A DNA stretch of 64,000 nt. It comes from Gemmatimonadales bacterium. GTDB lineage: Bacteria; Gemmatimonadota; Gemmatimonadetes; Gemmatimonadales; GWC2-71-9. Below are positions 26,878 to 36,315 of this stretch, one piece after another (the first letter of the stretch is position 1; each line of letters starts with the position of its first letter). The position numbers were made by a program, and so were the translations under genes. The notes beneath the pieces are model-generated. The model was given only the letters and a program-made list of their open reading frames with translations. It was not told the DNA's origin and made no database searches. The stretch covers positions 6,862 to 70,861 of the forward strand of contig DATBJH010000077.1 of the NCBI GenBank assembly GCA_036556505.1, given 5' to 3'.

Positions 26878-28893
26878 CTAGACCTGCTCCAGGGCGTGCA
26901 GGAAATGGCTCGCCGTGGGCCAGCGATCCTGCGGCTTCCGCGCCAGCGCGCGGAGGATCACGGCGGCGAGCGATTCGGGGATCTCCCCGTTGAGCTGGCG
27001 GGGGTCAGGAGGGGTGTCGTCCAGATGTCGTGCCAGCAGCGCCACCAGGCTGGGGGCCTCGAACACCGGACGACCGGTGGCACACTCGAAGAGCACGGCG
27101 CCGGTGGCGTAGAGATCGGAGCGCCCGTCCACCGGCTCGCCGAAAAGCTGCTCCGGCGCCATGTACTGGGGCGTGCCCACGACGACGCCCGCGGCGGTGA
27201 GTGCCCGGCCCGGCTCGGATTGGTGCTCGGCCAGCCGCGCGATCCCGAAATCCATGACCTTCAGGAAACCCGATTGGTCCACCAGCAGGTTCTGCGGCTT
27301 GACGTCGCGGTGGATGACCCCTTCCTCGTGCGCGACCTCGAGCGCGCGACAGACCTGCTTCCCGATGGTGAGCGTCGCCGGCACGTCGAGCCGGCCAGCT
27401 TCGCGGATCAGGGCGGCGACGGTCGTCCCACGGACCAGCTCCATGGTGATATAGTAGGTCCCCTCCACCTCGCCCAGGTCGTAGGTCCTCACCACGTTGC
27501 GGTGGGTGATCCGGCGCGCCAGCCGGAGCTCCTGCTTGAACCGTTCCAGCAGGGTGGCATCGATGTCGCCGAGATCGGGCCGCAACGCCTTGATCGCGAC
27601 AACCTCGCCGACTTCGCGATCGAAGGCGCGATAGACCACACCCATCCCGCCCGAGCCCAGCATCTCCAGGACGTCGTAGCGGCCGGCGAACCGCTGGCCG
27701 ACGGCAAGCACCCCGGCGCCGGGTGGCCGCGTCGCCGGCTCGGTCGGAGGCAACGTGGCTTCCCCACCGCCACCTTGCCCGCCGGTCCTCAGGTAATCCA
27801 CCAGCCGGTCCTTCTCCCGCAACTCCTCCACCATGTTGCCGAACGCCGAGGCCAGCTCTCCGATCTCGTCGTCGGTACTGCCGACGATGCGACCGGCGTA
27901 CTGACCTTCGCTCACCTGACGCGTCGCCCGGACCAGCTCGCGCACCGGCAATGTGATCCGTCTCGCCATCAGCACGGAGAACCCGAGCGCCAGCATCAGC
28001 CCCACCACGAAGGACCAGCCGATCGTGCGGCTGAGCTGGCGGTAGGCAACGAGCTCCTGGTCGCGCGAGTGCAGTCCGACGAATCCTCCGAGCGGTACGC
28101 CGTCGGCGCTGCGGAGGAGTCCGGCCGCTGCGGCGTACTCTTCTCCCCCCGCGCGCAGAGCGAAATGGGCGTATGCGCTATCGGTACCCCTTCCCACGGG
28201 CGCCTGGCGCACCTGCTCGGCAACGGCCTCTCTCGGCAGCGTGGAAACCGCCACCTGCGGCACCCCCAGGGTGTCGAGGGAAAAGAACGCGATCTCCGAG
28301 TCGGTATTTCGGCGGAGCTGTGCCGCGAAGGCGCTGTCCACCTGGAGCGCGGCGACCACGACGCCGAACGGCGTCGTGCTGCCGGGGTTCACGACCGGAA
28401 CCCCGACCGCCTGGTACAGCACGTCGCCCTCGTCGGTGGGCTCCAGCCACAGGCCCTGGGTGACCTGTCCCTCCATCGCTCGGCCGATCAGCGCGCCCCG
28501 GGAGAAGTCCTCGTCGAAATCCCCCCGCTGCGCGGTCCAGGCCTGCAGCACGCCCGCGCCGTCGGTGACGAGCACCCAGTCGGCTCCGGTCTGCACCCTG
28601 AGCTCGTCCGCCTGGTCGAGCAGGTTGGCGCGATCCGCGGCGCGAAGGGACTCGCCGATGCGGGAGACGTAGGCGGGTACCTGCACCAGGGCCTGCGTGA
28701 GACGGAGCAGCGTGAGGCTTCGGCTGCCGAGGGCCTCCGCGATGGAGGAGGCGGTGGCGCCGAGGGCGCGGGCCGAGGCGTCATCGGCCGCCAGGTCCGC
28801 CCGCCGCTTGGTGGCCAGCAGCGCCGAGCCGAGCACGGCGACCACGACCAGTGCGGTGCCGAGGAAGATGCGCCGGCCGAGAGGGATCTTCAT
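26878..28893 (-). CDS. Transmembrane Ser/Thr protein kinase with an extracytoplasmic sensor region and HAMP domain
   Basis: 671-aa ORF. The layout is TM, then about 260 aa periplasmic, then TM, then HAMP ([18 protein letters not shown]). The Hanks kinase domain follows ([24 protein letters not shown]). Confidence 0.88.
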   Translation of the reverse strand: MKIPLGRRIFLGTALVVVAVLGSALLATKRRADLAADDASARALGATASSIAEALGSRSLTLLRLTQALVQVPAYVSRIGESLRAADRANLLDQADELRVQTGADWVLVTDGAGVLQAWTAQRGDFDEDFSRGALIGRAMEGQVTQGLWLEPTDEGDVLYQAVGVPVVNPGSTTPFGVVVAALQVDSAFAAQLRRNTDSEIAFFSLDTLGVPQVAVSTLPREAVAEQVRQAPVGRGTDSAYAHFALRAGGEEYAAAAGLLRSADGVPLGGFVGLHSRDQELVAYRQLSRTIGWSFVVGLMLALGFSVLMARRITLPVRELVRATRQVSEGQYAGRIVGSTDDEIGELASAFGNMVEELREKDRLVDYLRTGGQGGGGEATLPPTEPATRPPGAGVLAVGQRFAGRYDVLEMLGSGGMGVVYRAFDREVGEVVAIKALRPDLGDIDATLLERFKQELRLARRITHRNVVRTYDLGEVEGTYYITMELVRGTTVAALIREAGRLDVPATLTIGKQVCRALEVAHEEGVIHRDVKPQNLLVDQSGFLKVMDFGIARLAEHQSEPGRALTAAGVVVGTPQYMAPEQLFGEPVDGRSDLYATGAVLFECATGRPVFEAPSLVALLARHLDDTPPDPRQLNGEIPESLAAVILRALARKPQDRWPTASHFLHALEQV

Positions 28894-28915
28894 GGCGCGC
28901 CCACCCGCCGCCCCG

Positions 28916-29611
28916 TCAGTAACGCCGGCCCTGTTGGGGGTACGGCTGGCCGTGCTTGTTGAGGTGTGGCTTGAACTGGAAGCCGCGCGCGTCCAGCTCC
29001 ACCGAGAGCTGCTCCACGCCGTCCGACGGGACCTCGAGCGGCCGCGTCACTTCCGGCGCACGCTCGTGCCAGGCATGCAGGCTGTAGCTGCCGGGCGGCA
29101 CCGGGCCCAGCGTGAAGGAACCGTCACTCGCGGGCTGGGCGTACCACGGTGTGTCGCGCACCAGCACCAGCGCGCTCATCTGCGCGTGGACGTTGCAGTA
29201 CACTCGCACCACCCCGGGCCGCTCGAAGCGAAGGGAGCGCACCTCGTCGCGACCGTAGAGCCCCAGGTCGAACGGGTTCTCCTCCGACAGGGAAAACACG
29301 TTGTGGTTGAAGGGATCGTGGTTGGGGAATGAGACGGTGGATCCCACCGGCACCACCAGCACGTGGGGCGAGAACTCCTTGTTGGAAGTGCCGATCTCCG
29401 CTTGAACCGCCGGACGCGATCGCGTCGGCGGACCACTGAGCCAGAGCACCGCCTGGCCGACGTCCTCGCCCGGCCGATCGCTCTTGTCCAGCATGGTCAC
29501 GCGCCCGCTCACCTCCGCCGGCTGCCCGATCCAGGCGAGCGACGCCAGCGCCAGCCCGCCCCACACCAGGATGCGGCGGGCGGCGGGGCCGGGCTGTATG
29601 TTGCCTCGCAT
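28916..29611 (-). CDS. Secreted cupredoxin-fold-like protein (plastocyanin/MauL-like) with a C-terminal beta-sandwich
   Basis: 231-aa ORF with a signal-like N-terminus and VPVGSTVSFPNHDPFNHNVFS...VRVYCNVHAQM, which is a cupredoxin-like His/Cys/His/Met pattern. It lies 22 nt upstream of the kinase gene. Confidence 0.7.
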   Translation of the reverse strand: MRGNIQPGPAARRILVWGGLALASLAWIGQPAEVSGRVTMLDKSDRPGEDVGQAVLWLSGPPTRSRPAVQAEIGTSNKEFSPHVLVVPVGSTVSFPNHDPFNHNVFSLSEENPFDLGLYGRDEVRSLRFERPGVVRVYCNVHAQMSALVLVRDTPWYAQPASDGSFTLGPVPPGSYSLHAWHERAPEVTRPLEVPSDGVEQLSVELDARGFQFKPHLNKHGQPYPQQGRRY

Positions 29612-30815
29612 GTCAAAACGTTATCGAGCGCCCCAGATCGCGTCAACGCGCGCGCCGGCGGTGCGGGCGGCGGCATTGCTGGTCGCCCTCGCGACGCTCG
29701 CGTCCGTCCCGGCGGTTGGTCAGCAGCCCGACATCGAGGCGAGCCTGCACGGCCTGATCCTCCTGAACGCCTTCCATACCACCGACAACGTCAACAACAG
29801 CGATGTACCGCAGTTCGCCGTGCCGCCGAGCGACGCGGCTCCCGAGGCCAGCACCTCGAGCGCCACCGCCCGTCAATCGCGCCTCACCGCGTTCGCCCTG
29901 GTTCCCGAGTTCGCGGGCGGTGTGCTGGAGGGCGAGCTCGACGTGGACTTCTTCGGCGGGCAGCAGCCTTCCACCGGCGGTCGCACCTTCCCGCTGCTGC
30001 GGCTGCGGCGCGCGGTCGCCGAGCTGACCTGGGGCCAGGTCGCGCTCCTGGTGGGTCAGGAATCCCCGCCGATCGCGGCCGTCAGTCCCTCCTCCATCGC
30101 CAGCGTCGGCTTCCCCGACTTCGCGGGCGCCGGCAACCTCTGGCTCTGGATCCCCCAGGTCCGACTCGGTGCCGATCTCCCGTCCAGCGGCGGCCTGCGG
30201 ATAGGCGCCGAGATCGCGGCCCTCGCACCAACTTCGGGCGAGCCCCAGGGCACCTTCGTCACTCAGCCGGATATCGCGGAGCGAAGCGGCCGTCCGTTCC
30301 TGCAAGGTCGGGTGCGGGGCCGCTGGGGACAGGACGACCAGCTGGGCGAGGTCAGCGCGGGTGGACACTACGGGTGGATCCTCGATGCCGCGGGAGGGCG
30401 GGTCCCTTCGAAGGCACTGGCACTGAGCATCTGGACCCCACTGGGCCCGAAGCTCGACTTCCGCGCGGAGGCGTTCACCGGCCAGGCGTTGGCCGGCCTG
30501 GGGGGCGGAGGGATCGGTCAGAACATGGTGCGGGATGGAGTGCCGGTACGCTCGGCCGGTGGCTGGGCTCAGCTCAACGTGCGGCCTTCACAGCGGTGGG
30601 AGATCGGCGGAGGCGGCGGAGTGGACGATCCGGACGACGAGGATCTGGGCGAGGCATCACGATTACGAAACGTGGCGGTCGAGGGACACGTCACCTGGCG
30701 GAAGCTGCCGGCAGTGGTGGGCCTCGAGGTGCGTTACCTTCGGACCCGCTACCGCGAGCCGGTGGGCGACCTCGCGGCGACCCACATCAATCTGGGTATG
30801 GGCTTCGAGTTCTGA
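29610..30815 (+). CDS. Putative outer-membrane beta-barrel (porin-like) protein
   Basis: The ATG at 29610 gives a signal-like sequence, ...AAALLVALATLASVPAVGQQ. The body has alternating beta-strand-like segments, and the C-terminus ends in ...INLGMGFEF (terminal Phe). The family is not identified. Confidence 0.6.
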   Translation: MSKRYRAPQIASTRAPAVRAAALLVALATLASVPAVGQQPDIEASLHGLILLNAFHTTDNVNNSDVPQFAVPPSDAAPEASTSSATARQSRLTAFALVPEFAGGVLEGELDVDFFGGQQPSTGGRTFPLLRLRRAVAELTWGQVALLVGQESPPIAAVSPSSIASVGFPDFAGAGNLWLWIPQVRLGADLPSSGGLRIGAEIAALAPTSGEPQGTFVTQPDIAERSGRPFLQGRVRGRWGQDDQLGEVSAGGHYGWILDAAGGRVPSKALALSIWTPLGPKLDFRAEAFTGQALAGLGGGGIGQNMVRDGVPVRSAGGWAQLNVRPSQRWEIGGGGGVDDPDDEDLGEASRLRNVAVEGHVTWRKLPAVVGLEVRYLRTRYREPVGDLAATHINLGMGFEF

Positions 30816-31533
30816 TCGCCTCTTCCTCCAGCTCCCCGAGGCCCTCGGGATAGGCGGAGGCGAGTGCCGCCGGCTGGGGATCGGGATCCGGCTCTTGATC
30901 CGGTTCGACCTCCGCCGGTTCCGAATCCACCGGAGGCGGAGGCGGATCGGAGTACTGCGCCGTGAGCTCCTCGCCTGCCACCCGCGCCTGCACCCGCTGC
31001 CAGACCATCTGCGCGACACTGGACTGCAGGCTGAACTCCCGCAGATAGTGATCGGTGACCTGCTCGACCGGCATCACGCCCCGGAGCAGCTCATAGAAGC
31101 TGATGACATTCTCGACGTGGGTCGCGATGACCGCTTCAGCCGCGCGAGCGCCCACCATCCGAGCCAGCTGAACCGTCTTCTCCTCGAAGCGCCGGCGGTA
31201 CTGCTGATGCTCTATGAAGCGGTCCACGCGGAGCACCTGCCAGCCGCGCAGCGGAACGGGCGCGGCCAGCGGCGGCAGCGACTCCAGCTCGAGCGAAGTC
31301 AGAGACCGCGTCCGCACCGACTCCTGCATCCCGGCCTGCACCGCCACCACTTCGAAGTAGAGATCGAGGGCGCGGAGCACGGGCGTGCGTGAGGCGAACT
31401 CGCAGACGAACTGAAGCGCCTGGGACGTGTGCGTGCCGATGAGGGCCTCCCACGCGCTCGCGTACGCGATGCGGACGCGGAGGTGGAGGGCTTCCGGAAT
31501 TCGGCGGAGAGACATCTGGCTGGGCGTGCTCAT
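30787..31533 (-). CDS. Hypothetical protein with an acidic Pro-rich C-terminal tail
   Basis: ORF 30787..31605, with an internal ATG at 31533. I recognised no motifs. It is the last gene in the same orientation after the sigma factor gene. Confidence 0.5.
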   Translation of the reverse strand: MSTPSQMSLRRIPEALHLRVRIAYASAWEALIGTHTSQALQFVCEFASRTPVLRALDLYFEVVAVQAGMQESVRTRSLTSLELESLPPLAAPVPLRGWQVLRVDRFIEHQQYRRRFEEKTVQLARMVGARAAEAVIATHVENVISFYELLRGVMPVEQVTDHYLREFSLQSSVAQMVWQRVQARVAGEELTAQYSDPPPPPVDSEPAEVEPDQEPDPDPQPAALASAYPEGLGELEEEAIRTRSPYPD

Positions 31534-31737
31534 CGCGGGAGCGCGAAGCAATATCCAGTCCCGACACCGACTTGCCCGATCCGGCCGGGGCGGGAGTGAC
31601 CCCACCCCGAAGGGCTATCGGAACGCCTTGCCAACAAATGACTTGCGGGGCTACCTCGGCGGCCACACGGCAGGAATGGCGACGGCCTGGGCGAGCGGGC
31701 GGCGGGTGGGCCCACCGCAAATTGCCCGGAGCCGGGG

Positions 31738-32157
31738 CTACCGCAGGAGGTTGGGGTGGCGGCGCTCCCAGGACCGCAGGGACTGGAGCGACAGGGTCTC
31801 GAGCTCGTGTGCCACGTTGCGGGCAGCCGCCGTGGCGATCTCCAGATCTTCGCGTCCGTCCGTAGTCGTGTCCCGAAGGCGGATTTCGGCCATCCCAAGC
31901 ATCACGGTGAGCTGGTTGTTGACCCGATCCTGGAGCATGAGGCGCATCTTGTCGATCATTGCCTGCCGGCGCAGAGTGGCGTGGCGATGGACTGACCAGA
32001 TCAGAAAGCCCTGGAGCCAGATCAGGAAGGCATGCGCCAGACCCTGTTGTCCGGGTGGAAGGTCGGAGAAGACGAGCCTGACCGTCAAGAAAACCCCCAC
32101 GGCGGTCATGAAGAGCTCGAAGTGCTCGGTCAGGCGTGCCCGGAGCCTGGCGCTCAT
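31738..32157 (-). CDS. Small two-TM membrane protein with a cytoplasmic helical region (hypothetical)
   Basis: The ATG at 32157 gives a 139-aa product with two hydrophobic helices followed by MLQDRVNNQLTVMLGMAEI. The ORF-track TTG at 32292 is an alternative start. Confidence 0.5.
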   Translation of the reverse strand: MSARLRARLTEHFELFMTAVGVFLTVRLVFSDLPPGQQGLAHAFLIWLQGFLIWSVHRHATLRRQAMIDKMRLMLQDRVNNQLTVMLGMAEIRLRDTTTDGREDLEIATAAARNVAHELETLSLQSLRSWERRHPNLLR

Positions 32158-32373
32158 GTCGGAGAGTCGCTTCACAGGAGTGTACCTCGCCGGCTGGTCT
32201 TCGGACCGCCAACCGCACAGGGACGGAGTGCTTGGGGGGTACCCCAAGTATTCGCTAAAGGGACCGTCCAGTCCAGCCCCCCGTGACTGCAACCTCTCGC
32301 ACCAACCAGCAAACGTGAAAAAGCCCCGACGGCGGATGCCGATCGGGGCTTTGGACGAGGCGCTGGGAGCAGG

Positions 32374-33270
32374 TCAGGCCGCGAGCTCGCGCAGCTTGTC
32401 GCCGTGCTGCTCCCGGAGCTGGCGAAGCGCCCGGTCCCGGAGCTGGCGAATCCGCTCACGGGTGACGCCCATCATCCGACCGATCTCCTCCAGAGTCCGG
32501 CTCTTCCCGTCGTCCAACCCGAAGTAGAGCCGGAGGACCTTCGCGTCCCGGGGCGGGAGCGCGGCCAGCGCGGTCTCCAGATCCGTCGTCCGGCTGTTGG
32601 CCATCGTGGTCGCATCGGTCCCCTCTTGAGTCAGGGGCACGAAACGCTCCATCCGGCCGCGGTCGTCGGCTTCACGCACCGGGTGATCCAGGCGCAGTGC
32701 CTCGATGTGCAGCGCGCCCAACGCACGCACCGCGTCGCGGGTGAGCCCGGTGGCCTCGACCAGCTCCTCGGTCGTGGGCGCCCGGCCGAGCCGCTCGGTG
32801 AGCAGGACGGTGGTCCGGCCCAGCCGGTTGAGATCAGCCGTTCGGTTCAGCGGCACCCGCACGGGGCGTCCATGCCGCGCAATCGCCGCCTGGATCGCCT
32901 GGCGGATCCACCAGACCGCGTACGAGATGAACTTGACGCCACGATCGGGGTCGAACTTTCGCGCCGCCGTCATCAGTCCGAGGTTGCCCTCGCCGATAAG
33001 ATCCATGAGCGGCACGCCGCGATTCTGGAACTTCTTCGCCACGGAGACCACGAAACGCACGTTGTGCCGGGCGAGCTTTTCCTGCGCCTCCACGTCGCCC
33101 TTGAACGCACGCCGCGCCAGCGCCGTCTCCTCCTCGATCTTGAGGAGGGGGATCCGGCTGATCTCCTGGAGGTAGAAGTCCAGGCTCTCGCGTCCCTCGT
33201 CGACGGCCCGCGGAAGCTGAGCCGCCCGAGCCGAGCGCCGCCGCCCGCCTGTCCGCTTGCTCACCGCCAC
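32374..33270 (-). CDS. RNA polymerase sigma factor, sigma-70 family (RpoD-like regions 2-4, short form)
   Basis: 298-aa ORF. Region 2 is DLIGEGNLGLMTAARKFD...FISYAVWWIRQAI. Region 4.2 is LEEIGRMMGVTRERIRQLRDRAL. Confidence 0.9.
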   Translation of the reverse strand: MAVSKRTGGRRRSARAAQLPRAVDEGRESLDFYLQEISRIPLLKIEEETALARRAFKGDVEAQEKLARHNVRFVVSVAKKFQNRGVPLMDLIGEGNLGLMTAARKFDPDRGVKFISYAVWWIRQAIQAAIARHGRPVRVPLNRTADLNRLGRTTVLLTERLGRAPTTEELVEATGLTRDAVRALGALHIEALRLDHPVREADDRGRMERFVPLTQEGTDATTMANSRTTDLETALAALPPRDAKVLRLYFGLDDGKSRTLEEIGRMMGVTRERIRQLRDRALRQLREQHGDKLRELAA

Positions 33271-33458
33271 TGTACCACTCCTGTTCCACCTGCCGGCCTG
33301 CCCTCAGGCAGCCGCCGACAAGCCGTTGTCATGAGACCACTTACGAGTGCCTACCGGGCCCGGCCGTCGGGCACCGTTCACCCTAGATGTCCGTAAGCGC
33401 AGATTCGTCGCACACTTGCACGCTTGTCCAACACCTGACGCCTCGCGGGGGTTCCCCG

Positions 33459-35939
33459 CTACCTCCCCTTCTTCGCCCGCCTCGTGGGCTCCGCGACCAG
33501 GGGATCATCGGGCCACGGGTGCTTGGGGTACCGGCCTTTCAGATCCTTCCGTACATCGAAGTACGTAGTCCGCCAGAAACCCGCGAGGTCGCGCGTCACT
33601 TGCACCGGTCGGCCGGCAGGCGACAGCAGATGCAGGGTCAAGGGGATCTTTCCCCCACCCACCCGCGGTGTCTCGGTCTGACCGAACAGCTCCTGCAGCC
33701 GCACGGCGAGCACCGGCTGGGCAGGATCCCGATAGTCCACCGCCAGACGAGAGCCGCTGGGCATCACCAGATGCGAGGGCGCCAGACGGTCCAGGGCCGC
33801 TCGTTGTTCCCAGCTCAGCAGGTCCAACACTGCCGCCCCCAGATCCACCTTCCCGAGGTCACTCAACCTCGACATTCCCCTGACCCGGGGGCCGAGCCAT
33901 CGCTCCAGGGTCTCACCGAGGGCAGCGTCCGAGACATCGGGCCAACTCGGATCGAGGCTTCGGACGAAGGAGATGCGCTCGCGGGTTCGCCGTGCACCAT
34001 CGCTCCAGGGGAGGACGTTGAGACTCTCGCTGTGCACACCCTGAAGCAGCGCCTCCGCCACCCTCTGGGGGTCGGGTCGGGAGATATGGGTCTCTCTGAG
34101 GACGATGGCCCCCAGCCGCTCCCTCCGCCGGGCGATGACGGCCCGGGTCTGCAGGTCCCACTCCACCACCTCTTCCGTTTCGACCTCGTCTCGGAAGAGC
34201 TTCCGGATCTCCGCCAGGCCAATCGGTGCTGCCAGCAGGATTCGGCTTTCCGGCTCCCGGCCCTCGAGCTCGCAGGCGACGAGATACCCCTCGGCAGAAA
34301 GGCTTTGCGGATCCAGGTAAGCCCCGAGGCCATTCCGCAGCAGGAACCGGCCGGGTGCACCGGGGCGGCCCTGGGCGACTCGGTCGGGATAGGCCATCGC
34401 AAGCAGCGCCCCGACATCGCCCTCGCCCTCTGCCAGACCCCGCCCGGAACCCGCTCGGCGACACGCCGCCGTCTCCGCCCGGGCCCGCCGCAGGGCCTCC
34501 CCGTCGACGTCGGCCCTTACGACTGTCCCTCGGAGGAGATCCAGGCGAGTCCGGATGTCCGCTTCGGAGACACCGTCCGTTCGACGGAGGAGGTCTCGCT
34601 CCGTTAGGAGCGCGGCTAGCTCGCAGGCCAGGGCTCTTTCTCGCAACTCGGTGGCTTTCATCACCATGTGGGAGAGGCGCGGATGGAGCGCGAGTCTCGC
34701 CATCGCCGTACCATGCCGGGTGAGCCGCCCCGACCTGTCGATGGCGCCGAGCTGGACGAGCAGGCTCCGTGCCTGCGCGAAGGCCGCTGCGGGCGGCGGG
34801 TCGAGCCACCGGAGTTCCCGAGGGTCCGGCACTCCGACGGCGGCGAGATCCAGGGCAAGTGGGGCCAGGTCGGCCTCGAGGATCTCGGGGGAGGACCTAG
34901 CGGGGAGGGCGGCGTGTTCCTGCAAGGTCCAGAGGCGGTAACACACGCCGGGTGCGAGACGCCCCGCGCGTCCTCGCCGCTGCTCGGCCGAGGCCAGAGA
35001 CACCCGAACGGTCGCCAGCCGGGTCATGCCGGTTCTTTGGGAGTAGCGAGGAACCCGGGACAGGCCGGAGTCCACCACCACGCGCACTCCCTCGATGGTG
35101 AGACTCGTCTCCGCGATGGAGGTGGCCAGCACCACCTTTCGAGAGCCCGGTGGACTGGGCAGGATGGCGCGATCCTGCCGCTGCGGAGGGAGGTTGCCGT
35201 GTAACGGAATCACCTCCGCGTCCACCTCGCCCAGGAGCGCCGCCACGCGCCGGATCTCGCCGGCACCGGGAAGGAAGACCAGCACGTCACCTTGCTCCGC
35301 CTGGAGCGCTTCCCGCACCACCGCGGCCACCTCGGATTCGAGCTTCACCCCGGACCGCCGCGACCGATGGCGTACTTCCACCGCATGAGACCGCCCCTCG
35401 CTGGTCACGATCGGAACTCCATCCAGAAGGGTCGACACCGGAGCACCCTCCAGTGTGGCCGACATGACCAGAATCCGCAGGTCTTCGCGCAGCAGTGATC
35501 GAGAGTGGATGGTCAGCGCGAGACCGAGGTCGGCGTGGATGCTCCGCTCGTGAAACTCGTCGAACACCACCAGCCCGAACCGCTCCAGCGCGGGGTCGGA
35601 CTGCAGCATCCGGGTCAGTACCCCTTCGGTGACCACCACGATCCTCGTGGTCGGTCCCACCAGCGATTCGTGCCGGACGCGGTATCCTACCGTCTCACCC
35701 GGCCGTTCCCCCAGGAGCGTGGCCATCCGACGGGCCGCCGCCCGCGCCGCGAGGCGACGGGGCTCGAGCATGACGATTCCCCGGCCACCCAACCATGGCT
35801 CGCCCAGCAGCGCGAGCGGCACGCCGGTGGTCTTGCCCGCGCCGGGTGGCGCCTGAAGCACGACCCCGCCGGCGCTGCGCAGCGCATCTCGCAGCGAGGG
35901 AAGCACCTGCTCGATGGGAAGGCGTGGGGTGTGACGCAT
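33459..35939 (-). CDS. hrpB: ATP-dependent RNA helicase HrpB (DEAH-box)
   Basis: The ATG at 35939 gives MRHTPRLPIEQVLP.... It has motif I (APPGAGKTT), motif II (DEFHER) and an HrpB-type C-terminal domain. Length is 826 aa. Confidence 0.92.
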   Translation of the reverse strand: MRHTPRLPIEQVLPSLRDALRSAGGVVLQAPPGAGKTTGVPLALLGEPWLGGRGIVMLEPRRLAARAAARRMATLLGERPGETVGYRVRHESLVGPTTRIVVVTEGVLTRMLQSDPALERFGLVVFDEFHERSIHADLGLALTIHSRSLLREDLRILVMSATLEGAPVSTLLDGVPIVTSEGRSHAVEVRHRSRRSGVKLESEVAAVVREALQAEQGDVLVFLPGAGEIRRVAALLGEVDAEVIPLHGNLPPQRQDRAILPSPPGSRKVVLATSIAETSLTIEGVRVVVDSGLSRVPRYSQRTGMTRLATVRVSLASAEQRRGRAGRLAPGVCYRLWTLQEHAALPARSSPEILEADLAPLALDLAAVGVPDPRELRWLDPPPAAAFAQARSLLVQLGAIDRSGRLTRHGTAMARLALHPRLSHMVMKATELRERALACELAALLTERDLLRRTDGVSEADIRTRLDLLRGTVVRADVDGEALRRARAETAACRRAGSGRGLAEGEGDVGALLAMAYPDRVAQGRPGAPGRFLLRNGLGAYLDPQSLSAEGYLVACELEGREPESRILLAAPIGLAEIRKLFRDEVETEEVVEWDLQTRAVIARRRERLGAIVLRETHISRPDPQRVAEALLQGVHSESLNVLPWSDGARRTRERISFVRSLDPSWPDVSDAALGETLERWLGPRVRGMSRLSDLGKVDLGAAVLDLLSWEQRAALDRLAPSHLVMPSGSRLAVDYRDPAQPVLAVRLQELFGQTETPRVGGGKIPLTLHLLSPAGRPVQVTRDLAGFWRTTYFDVRKDLKGRYPKHPWPDDPLVAEPTRRAKKGR

Positions 35940-35992
35940 GACCCAAGAATAGCGTGGAACTTCAGGGCGGCTCGCGACGTTCACTTGGCAGT

Positions 35993-36007
35993 TGGCACGG
36001 TGCATGC
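35993..36007 (+). promoter_or_regulatory. Sigma-54-type -24/-12 promoter-like motif (TGGCACGGTGCATGC)
   Basis: GG (35994-95) and GC (36006-07) are separated by exactly 10 nt, close to the TGGCAC-N5-TTGC consensus. It lies in the 376-nt divergent region. This is a motif match only. Confidence 0.25.
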
Positions 36008-36060
36008 GAAAGGAGCGCCGTGGTCACGCTCCCCCGAGGAGCGAGGAATGGAAAGGAACG

Positions 36061-36240
36061 GTGGTAACCGTGCTCACATGTGACTACAACGGCTGGAATG
36101 ACGCGCCCGAAGAGGAGCGCGAGTGGTACGACGAACATCCCGAGGAGTGGAACGCCCCGACTCGTGACCCCGATGGGCGTCCCCACCGTGCGACACCCCG
36201 CCCTCCGGTGAGACGCTTCCGCGGCGGCCTGGCCGCGTAA
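36061..36240 (+). CDS. Possible small acidic Trp-rich protein (59 aa), hypothetical
   Basis: GTG at 36061, preceded by GGAAAGGA. It is in frame with ORF-track entry 35992..36240. The sequence is ...CDYNGWNDAPEEEREWYDEHPEEWNAP.... There is no homology evidence. Confidence 0.25.
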   Translation: MVTVLTCDYNGWNDAPEEEREWYDEHPEEWNAPTRDPDGRPHRATPRPPVRRFRGGLAA

Positions 36241-36315
36241 TCCGCTGCAGCGCACCTGGGCCTGCCGGGGCCCCTCCCGCCATATTGCCCTGCGGGACTT
36301 CTCACCGGCCAATCC

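Noticed and set aside
26770-28962. Long antisense or out-of-frame ORFs throughout the window (for example 1471-2508, 26770-28962, 41595-43622, 44248-46104, 46735-48249, 59733-61688, 61273-63720).
   Set aside because: They are typical stop-codon-poor shadows in DNA of about 70% GC. Their products are Arg/Pro/Gly/His-rich with no motifs, and each is fully overlapped by a gene with clear family signatures on the other strand.
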